64,000 nt of DNA from an uncultured Bordetella sp. GTDB taxonomy: Bacteria > Pseudomonadota > Gammaproteobacteria > Burkholderiales > SG8-41. A model generated the notes under the pieces. That model was not told the origin of the DNA, made no database searches, and was given only the letters and a program-made list of their open reading frames with translations. Position 1 is the stretch's first letter. Each line of letters begins with the position of its first letter. Below, one piece after another: positions 36,658 to 46,036 of this stretch. The position numbers and the translations under genes are program-made. Location of the stretch: assembly GCA_964531455.1 (NCBI GenBank), contig CAZHFZ010000011.1, positions 14,213 to 78,212 of the forward strand, written 5' to 3'.

Positions 36658-39603
36658 TTGAACGCCCCCGTTGAAGGTCATCGTCTGTCGGTCACGGCCG
36701 ACACCGAAGCACTCGCCCAAGAGTTAACCCGGCGCCTTTCCGGAGAAGTCCGCTTCGACGTGGGCGCCCGCGCTGCCTACTCGGCTGATGCCTCCAACTA
36801 CCGCCAGATTCCCATCGGCGTAGTGATCCCGCGCAGCATTGAGGACATCGTCACCACCCTCGACATCTGCCGCGAATACGGCGTACCGATTCTGCCGCGC
36901 GGCGGCGGCACCTCGCAAAACGGGCAGTGCGTCAATGTTGCCGTGGTCATCGACACCACCAAATACCTGAACAAGGTGCTGTCGGTGGATCCGGCCACCC
37001 GCACCGCGACAGTCCAGCCCGGCGCCGTCTGCGATGCGCTGCGTGACGCCGCGGAAAAACATGAACTGACCTTCGGACCCGACCCGGCGACACACAGCCG
37101 CTGCACACTCGGCGGCATGATCGGCAACAACTCCTGCGGCGCGCACTCGGTGATGGCCGGCAAGACCGTCGACAACATCGAAACGCTGGACATCATCACT
37201 TACGACGGCCTGCGCCTGACCGTGGGCCCCACCAGCGAAGACGAACTGGTGCGCATCATCCGCGCCGGTGGCCGCCGCGGCGAGATTTATGGCCAGTTGC
37301 GCGACCTGCGCGACAAATACGCCGACTTGATCCGCGCACGTTTCCCGAAAATCAAACGCCGCGTCTCCGGTTACAACCTCGATCAGCTGTTGCCGGAAAA
37401 CGGATTCAACGTCGCGCGCGCGCTGGTTGGCACCGAAGGCACCTGCGTATTCACGCTGGGCGCGAAGACCCGTCTCGTTCACAGTCCGCAGTCGCGAGTC
37501 ATTCTGGTACTGGGCTTCCCCGACATCTACCTCGCCGGCGACGCCGTGCCGCAGATCCTGCCGTTCAAACCGATCGCCACCGAAGGCCTTGATGAACGCA
37601 TCATCGGCGGCCTGCTGGAGCGTGGATTGCGCAAAGCTGACATCGCACTGCTGCCGGCGGGCAAGGCGTGGATCATGATCGAGTTCGGCGCCGACACCGT
37701 TGAAGCCGCGACGGCACAGGCACAGGCGCTGGTGGATCATTACGCCGACATGACCGACGCCAAGGTCAAACCCTCTTCCTGGCTGATCACCGATCCGGCC
37801 ATGTGCGAACGTGTGTGGACCATCCGCGAAACCGGTGCTTCGGCCACCGCGCTGACCATCCATCCCAATGAACCCGATCCGGTGGTCGGCTGGGAAGATG
37901 CCGCAGTCGATCCGCTGCGCCTCGGCGATTATCTGCGCGAGTTCCAGGCGCTGGTTGATCGTCATGGTTATCAGACGTCGTTGTATGGCCACTTCGGCGA
38001 CGGCTGCATCCATGCGCGCATCACCTTCAACACGCGTACTGCCGAAGGCATCAAGGTCTGGCGCAGCTTCCTGCGCGCCGCTGCGGAACTGGTTGTGAAA
38101 TACGGTGGCTCCTTGTCCGGTGAACACGGTGACGGACAGGCCAAGGCTGAATTCCTGCCGATCATGTACGGCGAAGAACTGATGCAGGCCTTCCGCGAAT
38201 TCAAGGCGATCTGGGATCCGCTGAACCGGATGAATCCGGGCAAGGTCATCGATCCCTACCGCGCCGACGAGAACCTCAAATACGGACCAGATTTCAACCC
38301 GGTGCGGCCGGTCACGCAATTTGCCTATGCCAGCCTCGAAGGCAAAGGCTTCAACCGCGCGATCGAGCGCTGCGTTGGCATGGGCAAATGCCGCGCTCAT
38401 GAAGGCGGCGTGATGTGCCCGAGTTATCGCGCAACCCGCGAAGAGCGTTTTTCGACGCGCGGACGCGCCCGCCTGCTCGGCGAAATGCTGCGCGGTGAAA
38501 TCATTCATGACGGCTGGCGCAATGAAGCCGTGCGCGAAGCACTCGATCTTTGTCTCGCCTGCAAGGGCTGCAAGAACGATTGCCCGACGCACACCGACAT
38601 GGCGACCTACAAGGCCGAATTCCTGCACCACCATTATCTCGGCCGGCTGCGACCGGTGCAGGCTTACACCATGGGCTTCATCAACCGCTGGGCGAAGCTG
38701 GCCTCCATCGCGCCGCGCATCGTCAACCTGCTGGCGGCAACGCCCGGATTGTCGGCACTGCTGAAGTTCAGTGGTGGTGTTGCGCAGGGCCGCGAGATTC
38801 CGAAATTCGCGCGGCGCACCTTCCGCAAATGGTTCTCGCGTCGCCGCGCGTCGGCAACGGGTTCCGGCCACCGCGGTCGCGTCATCCTGTGGGCCGACAC
38901 CTTCAACAACCATTTCCAGCCGGGCTCCGCGGCAGCGGCGGTTGAAGTGCTGGAAGCTTTGGGCTACACGGTGACGATTCCGCAACAACAACTATGCTGC
39001 GGCCGCCCGCTGTACGATTTCGGCATGCTCGACACTGCGCGGGCTTATCTGCGCGAAGTGATGGATGCGCTGGCCAATGACATCAGCGCCGGCGTACCGG
39101 TGATCGGTCTCGAACCCGCCTGCCTGTCGGTGTTCCGGGATGAATTGCCCAACCTGTTCCCCGACGACGAGCGCGCAACAAAACTTTCCAAACAATGCCA
39201 TTTGTTCAGCGACTTCCTGATGCGCATCAGCGACTGGGAAGCACCGCAGCTTGGCGGCGATGCACTGGTGCATGGTCATTGCCACCAGAAGGCCGTATTC
39301 GGCATGACCTCGGAAATGGCGTTGCTGAAACGCCTGGGCATCCGCGCCAAGGTGCCTGAATCCGGCTGCTGCGGCATGGCCGGCGCCTTTGGCTTCAACC
39401 CGCAGCATTACGACATTTCGGTAAAAATCGGTGAAGCGGCCCTGATGCCGGCGGTACGCGCCGCTGACGAGCACACCATGATCATTGCCAGCGGCTACAG
39501 CTGCCGCGAACAGATTTCACAACTATCGGACCGCCAGGCCTTGCACATCGCCGAAGTGGTCGCGCTCGCATTCAATCGCGCGCGCGAGACCACCGCACAC
39601 TGA
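36658..39603 (+). CDS. fused FAD-linked oxidase / 4Fe-4S / CCG-domain dehydrogenase (YdiJ-type; GlcD-GlcF-like fusion)
   Basis: FAD-binding PCMH domain ('VVIPRSIEDIVTTLDICREYGVPILPRGGGTSQNG'), ferredoxin motif 'CLACKGCKNDCP', and two CCG motifs ('LCCGRPLYDFG', 'GCCGMAGAFG'). TTG at 36658 is preceded by GGAG. The maximal ORF starts at GTG 36574. Confidence 0.85.
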   Translation: MNAPVEGHRLSVTADTEALAQELTRRLSGEVRFDVGARAAYSADASNYRQIPIGVVIPRSIEDIVTTLDICREYGVPILPRGGGTSQNGQCVNVAVVIDTTKYLNKVLSVDPATRTATVQPGAVCDALRDAAEKHELTFGPDPATHSRCTLGGMIGNNSCGAHSVMAGKTVDNIETLDIITYDGLRLTVGPTSEDELVRIIRAGGRRGEIYGQLRDLRDKYADLIRARFPKIKRRVSGYNLDQLLPENGFNVARALVGTEGTCVFTLGAKTRLVHSPQSRVILVLGFPDIYLAGDAVPQILPFKPIATEGLDERIIGGLLERGLRKADIALLPAGKAWIMIEFGADTVEAATAQAQALVDHYADMTDAKVKPSSWLITDPAMCERVWTIRETGASATALTIHPNEPDPVVGWEDAAVDPLRLGDYLREFQALVDRHGYQTSLYGHFGDGCIHARITFNTRTAEGIKVWRSFLRAAAELVVKYGGSLSGEHGDGQAKAEFLPIMYGEELMQAFREFKAIWDPLNRMNPGKVIDPYRADENLKYGPDFNPVRPVTQFAYASLEGKGFNRAIERCVGMGKCRAHEGGVMCPSYRATREERFSTRGRARLLGEMLRGEIIHDGWRNEAVREALDLCLACKGCKNDCPTHTDMATYKAEFLHHHYLGRLRPVQAYTMGFINRWAKLASIAPRIVNLLAATPGLSALLKFSGGVAQGREIPKFARRTFRKWFSRRRASATGSGHRGRVILWADTFNNHFQPGSAAAAVEVLEALGYTVTIPQQQLCCGRPLYDFGMLDTARAYLREVMDALANDISAGVPVIGLEPACLSVFRDELPNLFPDDERATKLSKQCHLFSDFLMRISDWEAPQLGGDALVHGHCHQKAVFGMTSEMALLKRLGIRAKVPESGCCGMAGAFGFNPQHYDISVKIGEAALMPAVRAADEHTMIIASGYSCREQISQLSDRQALHIAEVVALAFNRARETTAH

Positions 39604-39606
39604 TCC

Positions 39607-40383
39607 GTGACCGGACTCGAAACGCTGTCACCGTGGGTGATCGTGTACGTCGCGATCGTGATCGCCGTTGCCGGCTGGATCCAGGGCGCGCTGGGCCTGG
39701 GCTTCCCGATGGTCGCCACACCACTGATCGCCGCGGCAACCAATATGCAGTTCGCCGTGGTGATGGTGGTGATCCCTTGCATCGCCACGATCATCGTCAG
39801 CATCCTGCGCAGCCCCGGATCGCTGGGCGTCTTGCATCGTTTCTGGTGGATCTCCATCGTCGCACTGCTCGGTGCTGCGGTTGGCGCCCGGCTGTTCGTG
39901 CTCTTCCCCGGCTTCCCCTATGCCCTGCTGCTGGCCGGCGTGATCCTGTTTTATCTCAACCTCGACCGCATCGGCCTGTCGGAGTGGCCGATCATGAAGC
40001 GCAACGAAAAAAAGTCCGGGCTGTTGTTCGGATTTCTCGGCGGCCTGAGTGAAACCACCGCCAACATCGCGGCACCACCGCTGATCATCTATTACCTCGG
40101 CATCGGCCTGCCACCGCTGATGCTGGTGCCGGCCATGAACATTTCATTCTTCGTCGGAAAGTCCACCCAGCTTGCAACACTCGCCGCCAGCGGTATCGCT
40201 TCGCCAATGCACTGGCTGGTCACGCTGCCGCTGGCAGTGATCGCCACCATCGCCAGCCTGTACGGCTCCCGCGTACGCAGCCGCATTGACGGCGAGACTT
40301 ATCGCCTCTGGATGAGGCGCATGCTCCTGACCATGGCGCTGATCCTGTTGACGCAGGTCGTTTACCAGCAGTTACGGGCGTAA
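39607..40383 (+). CDS. TauE/SafE family anion (sulfite) exporter-like permease
   Basis: 258-aa polytopic membrane protein with the Gly-rich TM pattern of the DUF81/TauE family. It starts 3 nt after the dehydrogenase stop. Confidence 0.78.
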   Translation: MTGLETLSPWVIVYVAIVIAVAGWIQGALGLGFPMVATPLIAAATNMQFAVVMVVIPCIATIIVSILRSPGSLGVLHRFWWISIVALLGAAVGARLFVLFPGFPYALLLAGVILFYLNLDRIGLSEWPIMKRNEKKSGLLFGFLGGLSETTANIAAPPLIIYYLGIGLPPLMLVPAMNISFFVGKSTQLATLAASGIASPMHWLVTLPLAVIATIASLYGSRVRSRIDGETYRLWMRRMLLTMALILLTQVVYQQLRA

Positions 40384-40407
40384 AAAAGCCGGCTTGCGCC
40401 GGCTTTT
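40382..40407. terminator. bidirectional terminator between tauE-like and grxD, copy 2 of the repeated hairpin
   Basis: AAAAAAGCCGGC-TTGC-GCCGGCTTTT, read directly from the sequence. Confidence 0.75.
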
Positions 40408-40426
40408 GCATAGCGACTGAAAACGC

Positions 40427-40747
40427 TCAGCCTTGCAGCATCTTCTGCAGCTCACCGCTTTGATACATCTCGCTGACGATATCGGAACCACCGACAAACT
40501 CACCGTTCACATAAAGCTGCGGGATTGTCGGCCAGCTGGCGTATTCCTTGATGCCCTGGCGAATCTCCGGATTCTCCAGCACGTTCACGGTAAACATTTT
40601 GTCGACGCCACAGGCGCGCAGGATGTTCACCGCATTCGCCGAAAAACCGCACTGCGGAAAATCGGGAGAACCCTTCATGTACAACACGACCTTGTTGCTG
40701 GTTACTTGATTCTTGATTTCATCTTGAACGGACATAAGCCACTCCAA
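40427..40747 (-). CDS. grxD: Grx4-family monothiol glutaredoxin
   Basis: 'LYMKGSPDFPQCGFS' with the CGFS active site. 106 aa. Confidence 0.93.
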   Translation of the reverse strand: MEWLMSVQDEIKNQVTSNKVVLYMKGSPDFPQCGFSANAVNILRACGVDKMFTVNVLENPEIRQGIKEYASWPTIPQLYVNGEFVGGSDIVSEMYQSGELQKMLQG

Positions 40748-40829
40748 AAATTACTTGAGCAAAATTATCGGGTATAAGTTTACCGGCGCTCGCATCACCG
40801 GTCAAGCCAGCGGCGCATCGACATCCGCA

Positions 40830-41465
40830 TCACTCGGTCGCTTCCCCGTTCTTCGCCAATGCCGCCATCAACAAACCCGGCATCAAGGCCGCGCCGAAAA
40901 CCGCCAATGCTGCGGACTCCATCAACTCCGCTTCCCAGCTGAACCAGCGGCCCACGCTGTCCGGCTGACTCTGTGACCCATCACACAACACCGGATCAGT
41001 CACCACCAGCAGTTTGCGGCAAACGTTGGGACGGAATTCATAAACTGTGCAGGCGCCGTTCTGTCCGAGAAACCCGCAAGCCTTGTCCGCGGCTGCTTGC
41101 TGTCGCCAGGTCTCCACGGTGTATCGGCTCTGCCGTTCAAGACGTTCAAGGTCAAATTCCCGGCCAGCCTTGCGCATCGCCTCCACCAGCAGCGCAGCTT
41201 CATGAGGCCAGATCTCGACCGGTTCATGACAACAATGACTGCAGCCCTTGCCGCAACGGATGCCCACGCTGGCGGGATCTTTCGCCTGATCCTGCTGGAT
41301 GGCGGCATCCATCGCAGTATGGGTTTCATGCGCCAACGTTACTGCGTTCTGTCCCGCACTTGCACGAAACCGTTCGATGTTGCGGTCGTAGATGGCGCGC
41401 AGGTACGCTTCTTTTTTCTCGTGACGTGCGTTGCGGTTCGCGGAAATCCGCTCGTCATCAGTCAT
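40830..41465 (-). CDS. YkgJ-family cysteine-cluster protein (UPF0153)
   Basis: Start trimmed to MTDDERIS... The protein carries 'CGKGCSHCCH' and 'CGFLGQNGACTVYEFRPNVCR'. It overlaps the prmC stop by 8 nt. Confidence 0.65.
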   Translation of the reverse strand: MTDDERISANRNARHEKKEAYLRAIYDRNIERFRASAGQNAVTLAHETHTAMDAAIQQDQAKDPASVGIRCGKGCSHCCHEPVEIWPHEAALLVEAMRKAGREFDLERLERQSRYTVETWRQQAAADKACGFLGQNGACTVYEFRPNVCRKLLVVTDPVLCDGSQSQPDSVGRWFSWEAELMESAALAVFGAALMPGLLMAALAKNGEATE

Positions 41466-42291
41466 GCGGAGACCTCGGGTTGCAACGCCCGCCGCTGACC
41501 CGGTGAATGCCGGCCAGATCTCGCGCAGAAAACACATCGATGAATCCGGCCTGCTGCAGCAGCGCCGTGCAGGCGTCGGCCTGATCATGGCCATGCTCGC
41601 ACAACAACCAGGCTCCCGATGCAAGATGCGACGGCGCTTCGGCGACGATGCGCCGGATATCGGCCAGCCCGTCGGTGCCCGCTGCCAATGCCGAATGCGG
41701 CTCGAAGCGCAGGTCGCCCTGCTGCAAGTGCGCATCACCCGCGGCGATATACGGTGGATTGGCAACGATCAAGTCGTAACGCGTATCTACCAGCGCGGCA
41801 TACCAGTCGCTGCACAACAAGGTTGTATTGGCTGCGGCATGGCGATGCGCGTTGACGCGCGCGATGTCGAGTGCATCGGCCGATGCATCAACCAGCGTCA
41901 CCTGCACTTGCGGTCGTTCCGCGGCAATCGTCACGCCGATGCAGCCGCTACCCGTGCCGAGATCCAGCACTCGTCCGCCCTTGGCGGGCAAGCGTTGCAG
42001 GGCCAGTTCGATCAGCAACTCGGTGTCGGGTCGCGGAATCAGCACCGCAGGCGTCACCGTAAATTCGCGCCCGTAGAATTCCCGGCTGCCGGTCAGGTAG
42101 GCCACCGGCTCACCGGCAGCGCGGCGCGCTATCAATCGTCCGAAGTCGGCGGACTGCGCTGCCGTCAGCGCGTCATCACCGTGTGCGATCAGGAAAGCTT
42201 CATCACAGCGCAGCACATGACGCAGCAGCACGCGCGCTTCGAGCCAGCCGATGGCCTGCTGTGCTTCCGCCAGTGCCGCTGCAATGGTCAC
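41458..42291 (-). CDS. prmC: peptide chain release factor N5-glutamine methyltransferase
   Basis: 'DLGTGSGCIG' SAM motif and the 'NPPY' catalytic motif. It is downstream of prfA. Confidence 0.93.
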   Translation of the reverse strand: MTIAAALAEAQQAIGWLEARVLLRHVLRCDEAFLIAHGDDALTAAQSADFGRLIARRAAGEPVAYLTGSREFYGREFTVTPAVLIPRPDTELLIELALQRLPAKGGRVLDLGTGSGCIGVTIAAERPQVQVTLVDASADALDIARVNAHRHAAANTTLLCSDWYAALVDTRYDLIVANPPYIAAGDAHLQQGDLRFEPHSALAAGTDGLADIRRIVAEAPSHLASGAWLLCEHGHDQADACTALLQQAGFIDVFSARDLAGIHRVSGGRCNPRSPHD

Positions 42292-42325
42292 GCAACGCCT
42301 TTAAAATATCAATAAAAACAAATAC

Positions 42326-43405
42326 TTAGTCGGTCGCCAGCTCGGCCAGCAGTTCAGCCTGATGCTCGGCGGCGAGGGCGTCGACCAGATCATCCAGATC
42401 ACCATCAACCAGCTGCGCGATTTTGTACAACGTCAGGTTGATGCGATGGTCGGTGACGCGACCCTGCGGGAAATTGTAGGTGCGGATACGTTCCGAGCGA
42501 TCGCCGCTGCCGATCAATGATTTGCGTGTCGCCGCTTCTTTCGACTGCTGCTCGCGCGTCTGTTTGTCCTTCAAGCGCGCCGCCAGCACCGCCAGCGCGC
42601 GTGCCTTGTTCTTGTGCTGCGAGCGATCATCCTGACACTCAACAACGAGGCCGGAAGGCAGATGCGTGATGCGGATCGCGGAGTCGGTCTTGTTGACGTG
42701 CTGGCCACCGGCGCCGGACGCACGGAAAGTGTCGATGCGCAGATCCGCGGGATTGATCACGATTTCACCGACTTCATCCGCTTCCGGCATCACCGCCACC
42801 GTGCACGCCGATGTATGGATGCGCCCCTGCGTTTCGGTCACCGGCACGCGCTGCACGCGATGGCCGCCGGATTCGAATTTGAGTTTGGAGTAGGCGCCGT
42901 TGCCGATGATGCGCGCGATGATCTCGCGGTAACCGCCGAGGTCGGACGCGCTCTCCGAGATGATCTCGACCTGCCAGCGCTTGCGTTCGGCATAACGCGC
43001 ATACATGCGAAAGAGTTCCGCCGCAAACAGCGCGGACTCGTCGCCGCCGGTGCCGGCACGCACCTCAAGGAAAATATTGCGTTCATCATTCGGGTCACGC
43101 GGCAACAGCAGCTTCTGCAGTTCCGCCTCCAGCCCCTCGATGCGTGTTTTGGTTTCTGAAACTTCCGCTTCCGCAAACTCGCGCATCTCCGGGTCGGCGG
43201 CCATCTCCTGAGCGGTCTTCAGGTCGCCGAGACTGCCCTGATACTGGCGATATAACCCGACCACCGGCTCCAGCTCGCTGTGCTCGCGCGTCAGCTTGCG
43301 GTAGTTGTCCATGTCAGACGTGATGTTCTCGGTGGTCAGCAGACGGCCGACCTCATCGAGGCGCATCGACAACTGATCAAGTTTGGCGGCTATGCTGGGT
43401 TTCAT
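42326..43405 (-). CDS. prfA: peptide chain release factor 1
   Basis: GGQ motif 'SGAGGQHVN' and the RF1-type PxT motif 'PVT'. 359 aa. Confidence 0.97.
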   Translation of the reverse strand: MKPSIAAKLDQLSMRLDEVGRLLTTENITSDMDNYRKLTREHSELEPVVGLYRQYQGSLGDLKTAQEMAADPEMREFAEAEVSETKTRIEGLEAELQKLLLPRDPNDERNIFLEVRAGTGGDESALFAAELFRMYARYAERKRWQVEIISESASDLGGYREIIARIIGNGAYSKLKFESGGHRVQRVPVTETQGRIHTSACTVAVMPEADEVGEIVINPADLRIDTFRASGAGGQHVNKTDSAIRITHLPSGLVVECQDDRSQHKNKARALAVLAARLKDKQTREQQSKEAATRKSLIGSGDRSERIRTYNFPQGRVTDHRINLTLYKIAQLVDGDLDDLVDALAAEHQAELLAELATD

Positions 43406-43464
43406 CGGGAATCATCAAAAAAGAAAAGGGCCGTGCCCGCCGCAACGGCGGACGGCGGCGGCCG

Positions 43465-44718
43465 CTACTCGGGCCGCTGGATCTGGTACAGACGCGAGAT
43501 CAGCGCCGACAGTTCGTCGCGCTCATCATCGGCCGCATGGTTCAGCGCATGCGACGGCGGATGCATGAATTTATTGGTCAGCGCGCGCGACAGTTCGTCG
43601 ATGACCTGCTGCGGATCAGCACCTTTGGCCAGACTGCGCTGCGCCCGTTCGAGTTCGTGGCGACGTGCGCGTTCGGCGGTATCGCGCAGTGCGCGGATCG
43701 TCGGCACCAATTCGCGGTTGTCGAGCCAGTGCAGGAAATCCGACACCTGGTTCTCGATGATCACCTCCGCCTGTGCCACGGCGTTCTGGCGCTGGTCCAT
43801 GCCTTCGCGGGCGATCTGGCCGAGATCATCGACGGTGTAGAGGAAGGCGTCGTCGAGCGACGCCACTTCGGTTTCAATGTCGCGCGGCACCGCCAGATCA
43901 AACATCAGCATCGGCCGGTGTTTGCGCACTTTCAGCGCGCTTTCCATCAGGCCCTTGCCGATGATCGGCAGCGGGCTTGCCGTGCAGCTGATGACGATGT
44001 CATACAGCGGCAGCTGGGCGCCGATGTCGTTCAGCGGAATCACATGACCGAAGAAGCGGTCGGCCAGCTGCTGCGCACGCGCCTGCGTGCGGTTGGCAAA
44101 AGTCATCTTGCGCGGATGGTGCGCGGCGAAATGCGTCGCTGCGAGTTCGATCATTTCACCGGCGCCGATGAACAGCATGCTCTGCTCGGCAATGCTCGGG
44201 TAAATGCGTTCGGCCAGTCGTACTGCCGCAGCGGCCATCGACACCGTGCTCGCGCCGATGTCGGTCTCGCTGCGTACGGTTTTGGCGACCGAGAAGGTAC
44301 GCTGGAACAGCTTGTTGAGCATCCAGCCCAGCGTGCCGGCCTCTTCGGCCGAGCGCACCGCGCCCTTGAACTGGCCGAGAATCTGCGGCTCGCCCAGCAC
44401 CATCGAATCCAGACCGCTGGCCACGCGGAACGCATGTTTCACTGCGCGCGCCTGCGGCAGTTCGTACAGATAGGGTTGGATCTGCGACGGCTTCATGCGG
44501 TGGTAATCCGCCAGCCAGTCGATCGCGGTGCGCGGCTCCGCGGTCGTGCAGTAGACCTCGGTCCGGTTGCAGGTCGAGATGATCGCCGCTTCGCTGACCG
44601 GCCGGCGATCCACCAGATCACGCAGCGCCTGCGTAACCTGTTCGGCATGGAAAACCACCCGCTCACGCACATCAAGCGGCGCGGTCTGGTGGTTCAATCC
44701 GAAGGCGAATAGCGGCAT
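43465..44718 (-). CDS. hemA: glutamyl-tRNA reductase
   Basis: '[13 protein letters not shown]' and 'STCNRTEVY' (catalytic Cys). The hemA-prfA-prmC order is conserved. Confidence 0.95.
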   Translation of the reverse strand: MPLFAFGLNHQTAPLDVRERVVFHAEQVTQALRDLVDRRPVSEAAIISTCNRTEVYCTTAEPRTAIDWLADYHRMKPSQIQPYLYELPQARAVKHAFRVASGLDSMVLGEPQILGQFKGAVRSAEEAGTLGWMLNKLFQRTFSVAKTVRSETDIGASTVSMAAAAVRLAERIYPSIAEQSMLFIGAGEMIELAATHFAAHHPRKMTFANRTQARAQQLADRFFGHVIPLNDIGAQLPLYDIVISCTASPLPIIGKGLMESALKVRKHRPMLMFDLAVPRDIETEVASLDDAFLYTVDDLGQIAREGMDQRQNAVAQAEVIIENQVSDFLHWLDNRELVPTIRALRDTAERARRHELERAQRSLAKGADPQQVIDELSRALTNKFMHPPSHALNHAADDERDELSALISRLYQIQRPE

Positions 44719-44805
44719 GGGCGCATTTTGAAAAAGGCCTTGTATTTTAACCGCTTACAGCCAATTCATGCCACCGATAGCCGGTTCAGGTCCAGCCGCC
44801 AAAAA

Positions 44806-44976
44806 TCAGCCGGAAATCGCAATCATGTCGAAATCCGCCTTGGTCGCCCCGCAATAGGGGCAGGTCCAGTCAGCGGGGACGTCTTCCCAGCGCGTGCCGG
44901 GCGGGATGCCTTCATCGGGCAAGCCCGCCGCCTCGTCATAGATGAAGTTACACAGAATGCACTGCCACTTTTTCAT
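44806..44976 (-). CDS. rubredoxin (56 aa; below the ORF-track length cut-off)
   Basis: Hand translation gives MKKWQCILCNFIYDEAAGLPDEGIPPGTRWEDVPADWTCPYCGATKADFDMIAISG. It has both CxxC knuckles (CILC, CPYC) and the conserved W, Y, DW and K..F positions of rubredoxins. Confidence 0.9.
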   Translation of the reverse strand: MKKWQCILCNFIYDEAAGLPDEGIPPGTRWEDVPADWTCPYCGATKADFDMIAISG

Positions 44977-45010
44977 CGTCGTTCAACCCCGCCCACTCAG
45001 CCCTGTTCAC

Positions 45011-46009
45011 TCAACTTTGTTCATTGTCCATGCGCTGGCCTGCCGCATAGAGCTTGACGTTTTCGGTGAAAATTTTCGCGGCGCGTACATCGTTGCCGGA
45101 GGATGCGGAGGCGTTGTGCGGCGAGACGATCACGTTGGGAATGTCCCACAGCGGTGACTCGGCAGGCAGCGGCTCTTTCTCGAACACGTCGAGATAGGCG
45201 CCGGCAATCTGCTTGGTCTGCAGCGCGGTGATCAGCGCTTTTTCATCGGCACAGCCGCCGCGGGCGACGTTGATCAGGTAAGCATGTTTGGGCATCAGCT
45301 CCAGCGTTTTGGCGTTGACCAGTTGATGTGTTTCCTTGGTGTAGGGGCAGGCCAGCACCAGCCAGTCGCACTTCGGCAGCAGCGTCGGCAGCTTGTCGAG
45401 CGTGTGCATTTCATCGACCGGATCACCGGCGCGCTTCGGACTGCGGCGCAGGCCGATGACTTTCATTTCCAGGGCCTGGCACATCTTCGCCACGGTCGCA
45501 CCGATGGTGCCGAGGCCGACAACAATCACCGTCTGCCCGCGCAGATCACGCGGCACACCGTCGCCGCGCACGGGATCCCATTTGCGTTCACGCTGCGCGG
45601 CAATCCAGCGCGGAAAACCGCGCGCCAGCATCAGCAGGCCGCCGAACGCTGTCTGACCGACCGGTTCGCCGTTACTGCCGGCGGAAGTGGTCAGCCGCAC
45701 CTTGCGTTCGTGCAGCGCCGGCAGGAAGGGATGCTGGTCGATGCCGGTGCTGACGAAGTGCGCCCACTTCAGGTTGGTCGCCGCCTTCATCGTGTCGCCG
45801 AAACTGGCGTAAAAATCCGAAAAACGGATGTCGCGCGTCAGGTAGGCGACTTCGATTTTTGCAATCACCTCGGCCTGCAGGCGCTGCGCCGGATCATCGG
45901 GCAGATGGATGATGTCCGGCGTAAAGCCGGCGGCTTTTGCCGCCGCCTGCAACTCGGCGCCGAACTGCGCCACAAACCCTTTCGACAACAGCATGCCCTT
46001 CGTCATCAC
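45011..46009 (-). CDS. D-isomer-specific 2-hydroxyacid dehydrogenase family protein
   Basis: NAD-binding motif 'VVGLGTIGATVA', plus 'NVARGG' and a C-terminal 'SPHNAS' catalytic His region. Confidence 0.82.
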   Translation of the reverse strand: MMTKGMLLSKGFVAQFGAELQAAAKAAGFTPDIIHLPDDPAQRLQAEVIAKIEVAYLTRDIRFSDFYASFGDTMKAATNLKWAHFVSTGIDQHPFLPALHERKVRLTTSAGSNGEPVGQTAFGGLLMLARGFPRWIAAQRERKWDPVRGDGVPRDLRGQTVIVVGLGTIGATVAKMCQALEMKVIGLRRSPKRAGDPVDEMHTLDKLPTLLPKCDWLVLACPYTKETHQLVNAKTLELMPKHAYLINVARGGCADEKALITALQTKQIAGAYLDVFEKEPLPAESPLWDIPNVIVSPHNASASSGNDVRAAKIFTENVKLYAAGQRMDNEQS

Positions 46010-46036
46010 ATCGCCTCCGGATTACAGTGTTTTTGA

